Shown: in pieces, positions 25,544 through 25,652 of the stretch | Position numbering within the stretch: the first letter of the stretch is position 1 | How the letters are laid out: every line of letters begins with the position of its first letter | Assembly: GCA_048941265.1 (NCBI GenBank) | Contig: JBHLNT010000052.1 | Coordinates: 1-25,652, forward strand | Reading direction: 5' to 3' | Length of the DNA stretch: 25,652 bases | Origin: Promethearchaeota archaeon | GTDB lineage: Archaea; Asgardarchaeota; Lokiarchaeia; Sigyniarchaeales; SOKP01 | Position numbers and translations under genes: made by a program | Notes under the pieces: model-generated | The model's input: the letters and a program-made list of their open reading frames with translations, nothing else | What the model was told of the DNA's origin: nothing | Database searches by the model: none

Positions 25544-25652
25544 GGCCCTTGACGGTCGGAATTGCTTTGAGATCATTTCGATCTCCAACGATAAGTGGTC
25601 TCTGACGCTGGGCTTCAAACCCAGTTATCCTGCGGAGGGATAGGAGTTCGAT
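25544..25652 (+). tRNA. selC: tRNA-Sec (anticodon UCA) with a 34-nt BHB intron (25561-25594) in the D-stem; 3' end beyond the window
   Basis: After removing 25561-25594: acceptor 5' strand GGCCCTTGA, CG, 7-bp D-stem GTCGGAG/CTCTGAC with TGGT loop, 6-bp anticodon stem GCTGGG/CCCAGT with loop CT-TCA-AA, long variable arm TATCCT/GGGATA, then GGAG-TTCGAT. selB lies 4 kb away. Confidence 0.92.

Noticed and set aside
25543-25652. Minus-strand tRNA ending in ...GGGCCA
   Set aside because: The anticodon loop (CTTCAAA), TTCGA T-loop and G-U pairs only make sense on the plus strand; the apparent CCA is coincidental.

Overview
AT-rich archaeal DNA, most likely Asgard archaea (Lokiarchaeia-like). The basis is archaeal/eukaryote-type ribosomal proteins, an archaeal SelB, a roadblock/LC7 protein, and a membrane protein with a C-terminal Cys-rich tail. 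The core (5993-15513) is a 19-gene S10-spc cluster running from uS19 to uL15, including RNase P Rpp29 and an unannotated uS14 that has no ATG/GTG/TTG start. It lacks L3-L4-L23-L2 upstream and secY downstream. The left flank holds an M20 peptidase, a ferredoxin, a DPM2-like small membrane protein, a GNAT, ribokinase and a cupin. The right flank holds a 4Fe-4S protein, a divergent ECF S-component / DUF4430 surface-protein pair (likely corrinoid uptake) with a perfect palindrome between them, roadblock, SelB, a zinc-ribbon/CdvA-like coiled-coil protein, two CoA-type Nudix hydrolases, small ORFs and a 46-bp direct repeat. The main finding is at the right edge: a tRNA-Sec gene (anticodon UCA) interrupted by a 34-nt bulge-helix-bulge intron inside the D-stem, about 4 kb from selB. 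All family calls come from motif recognition by eye; no searches were run.
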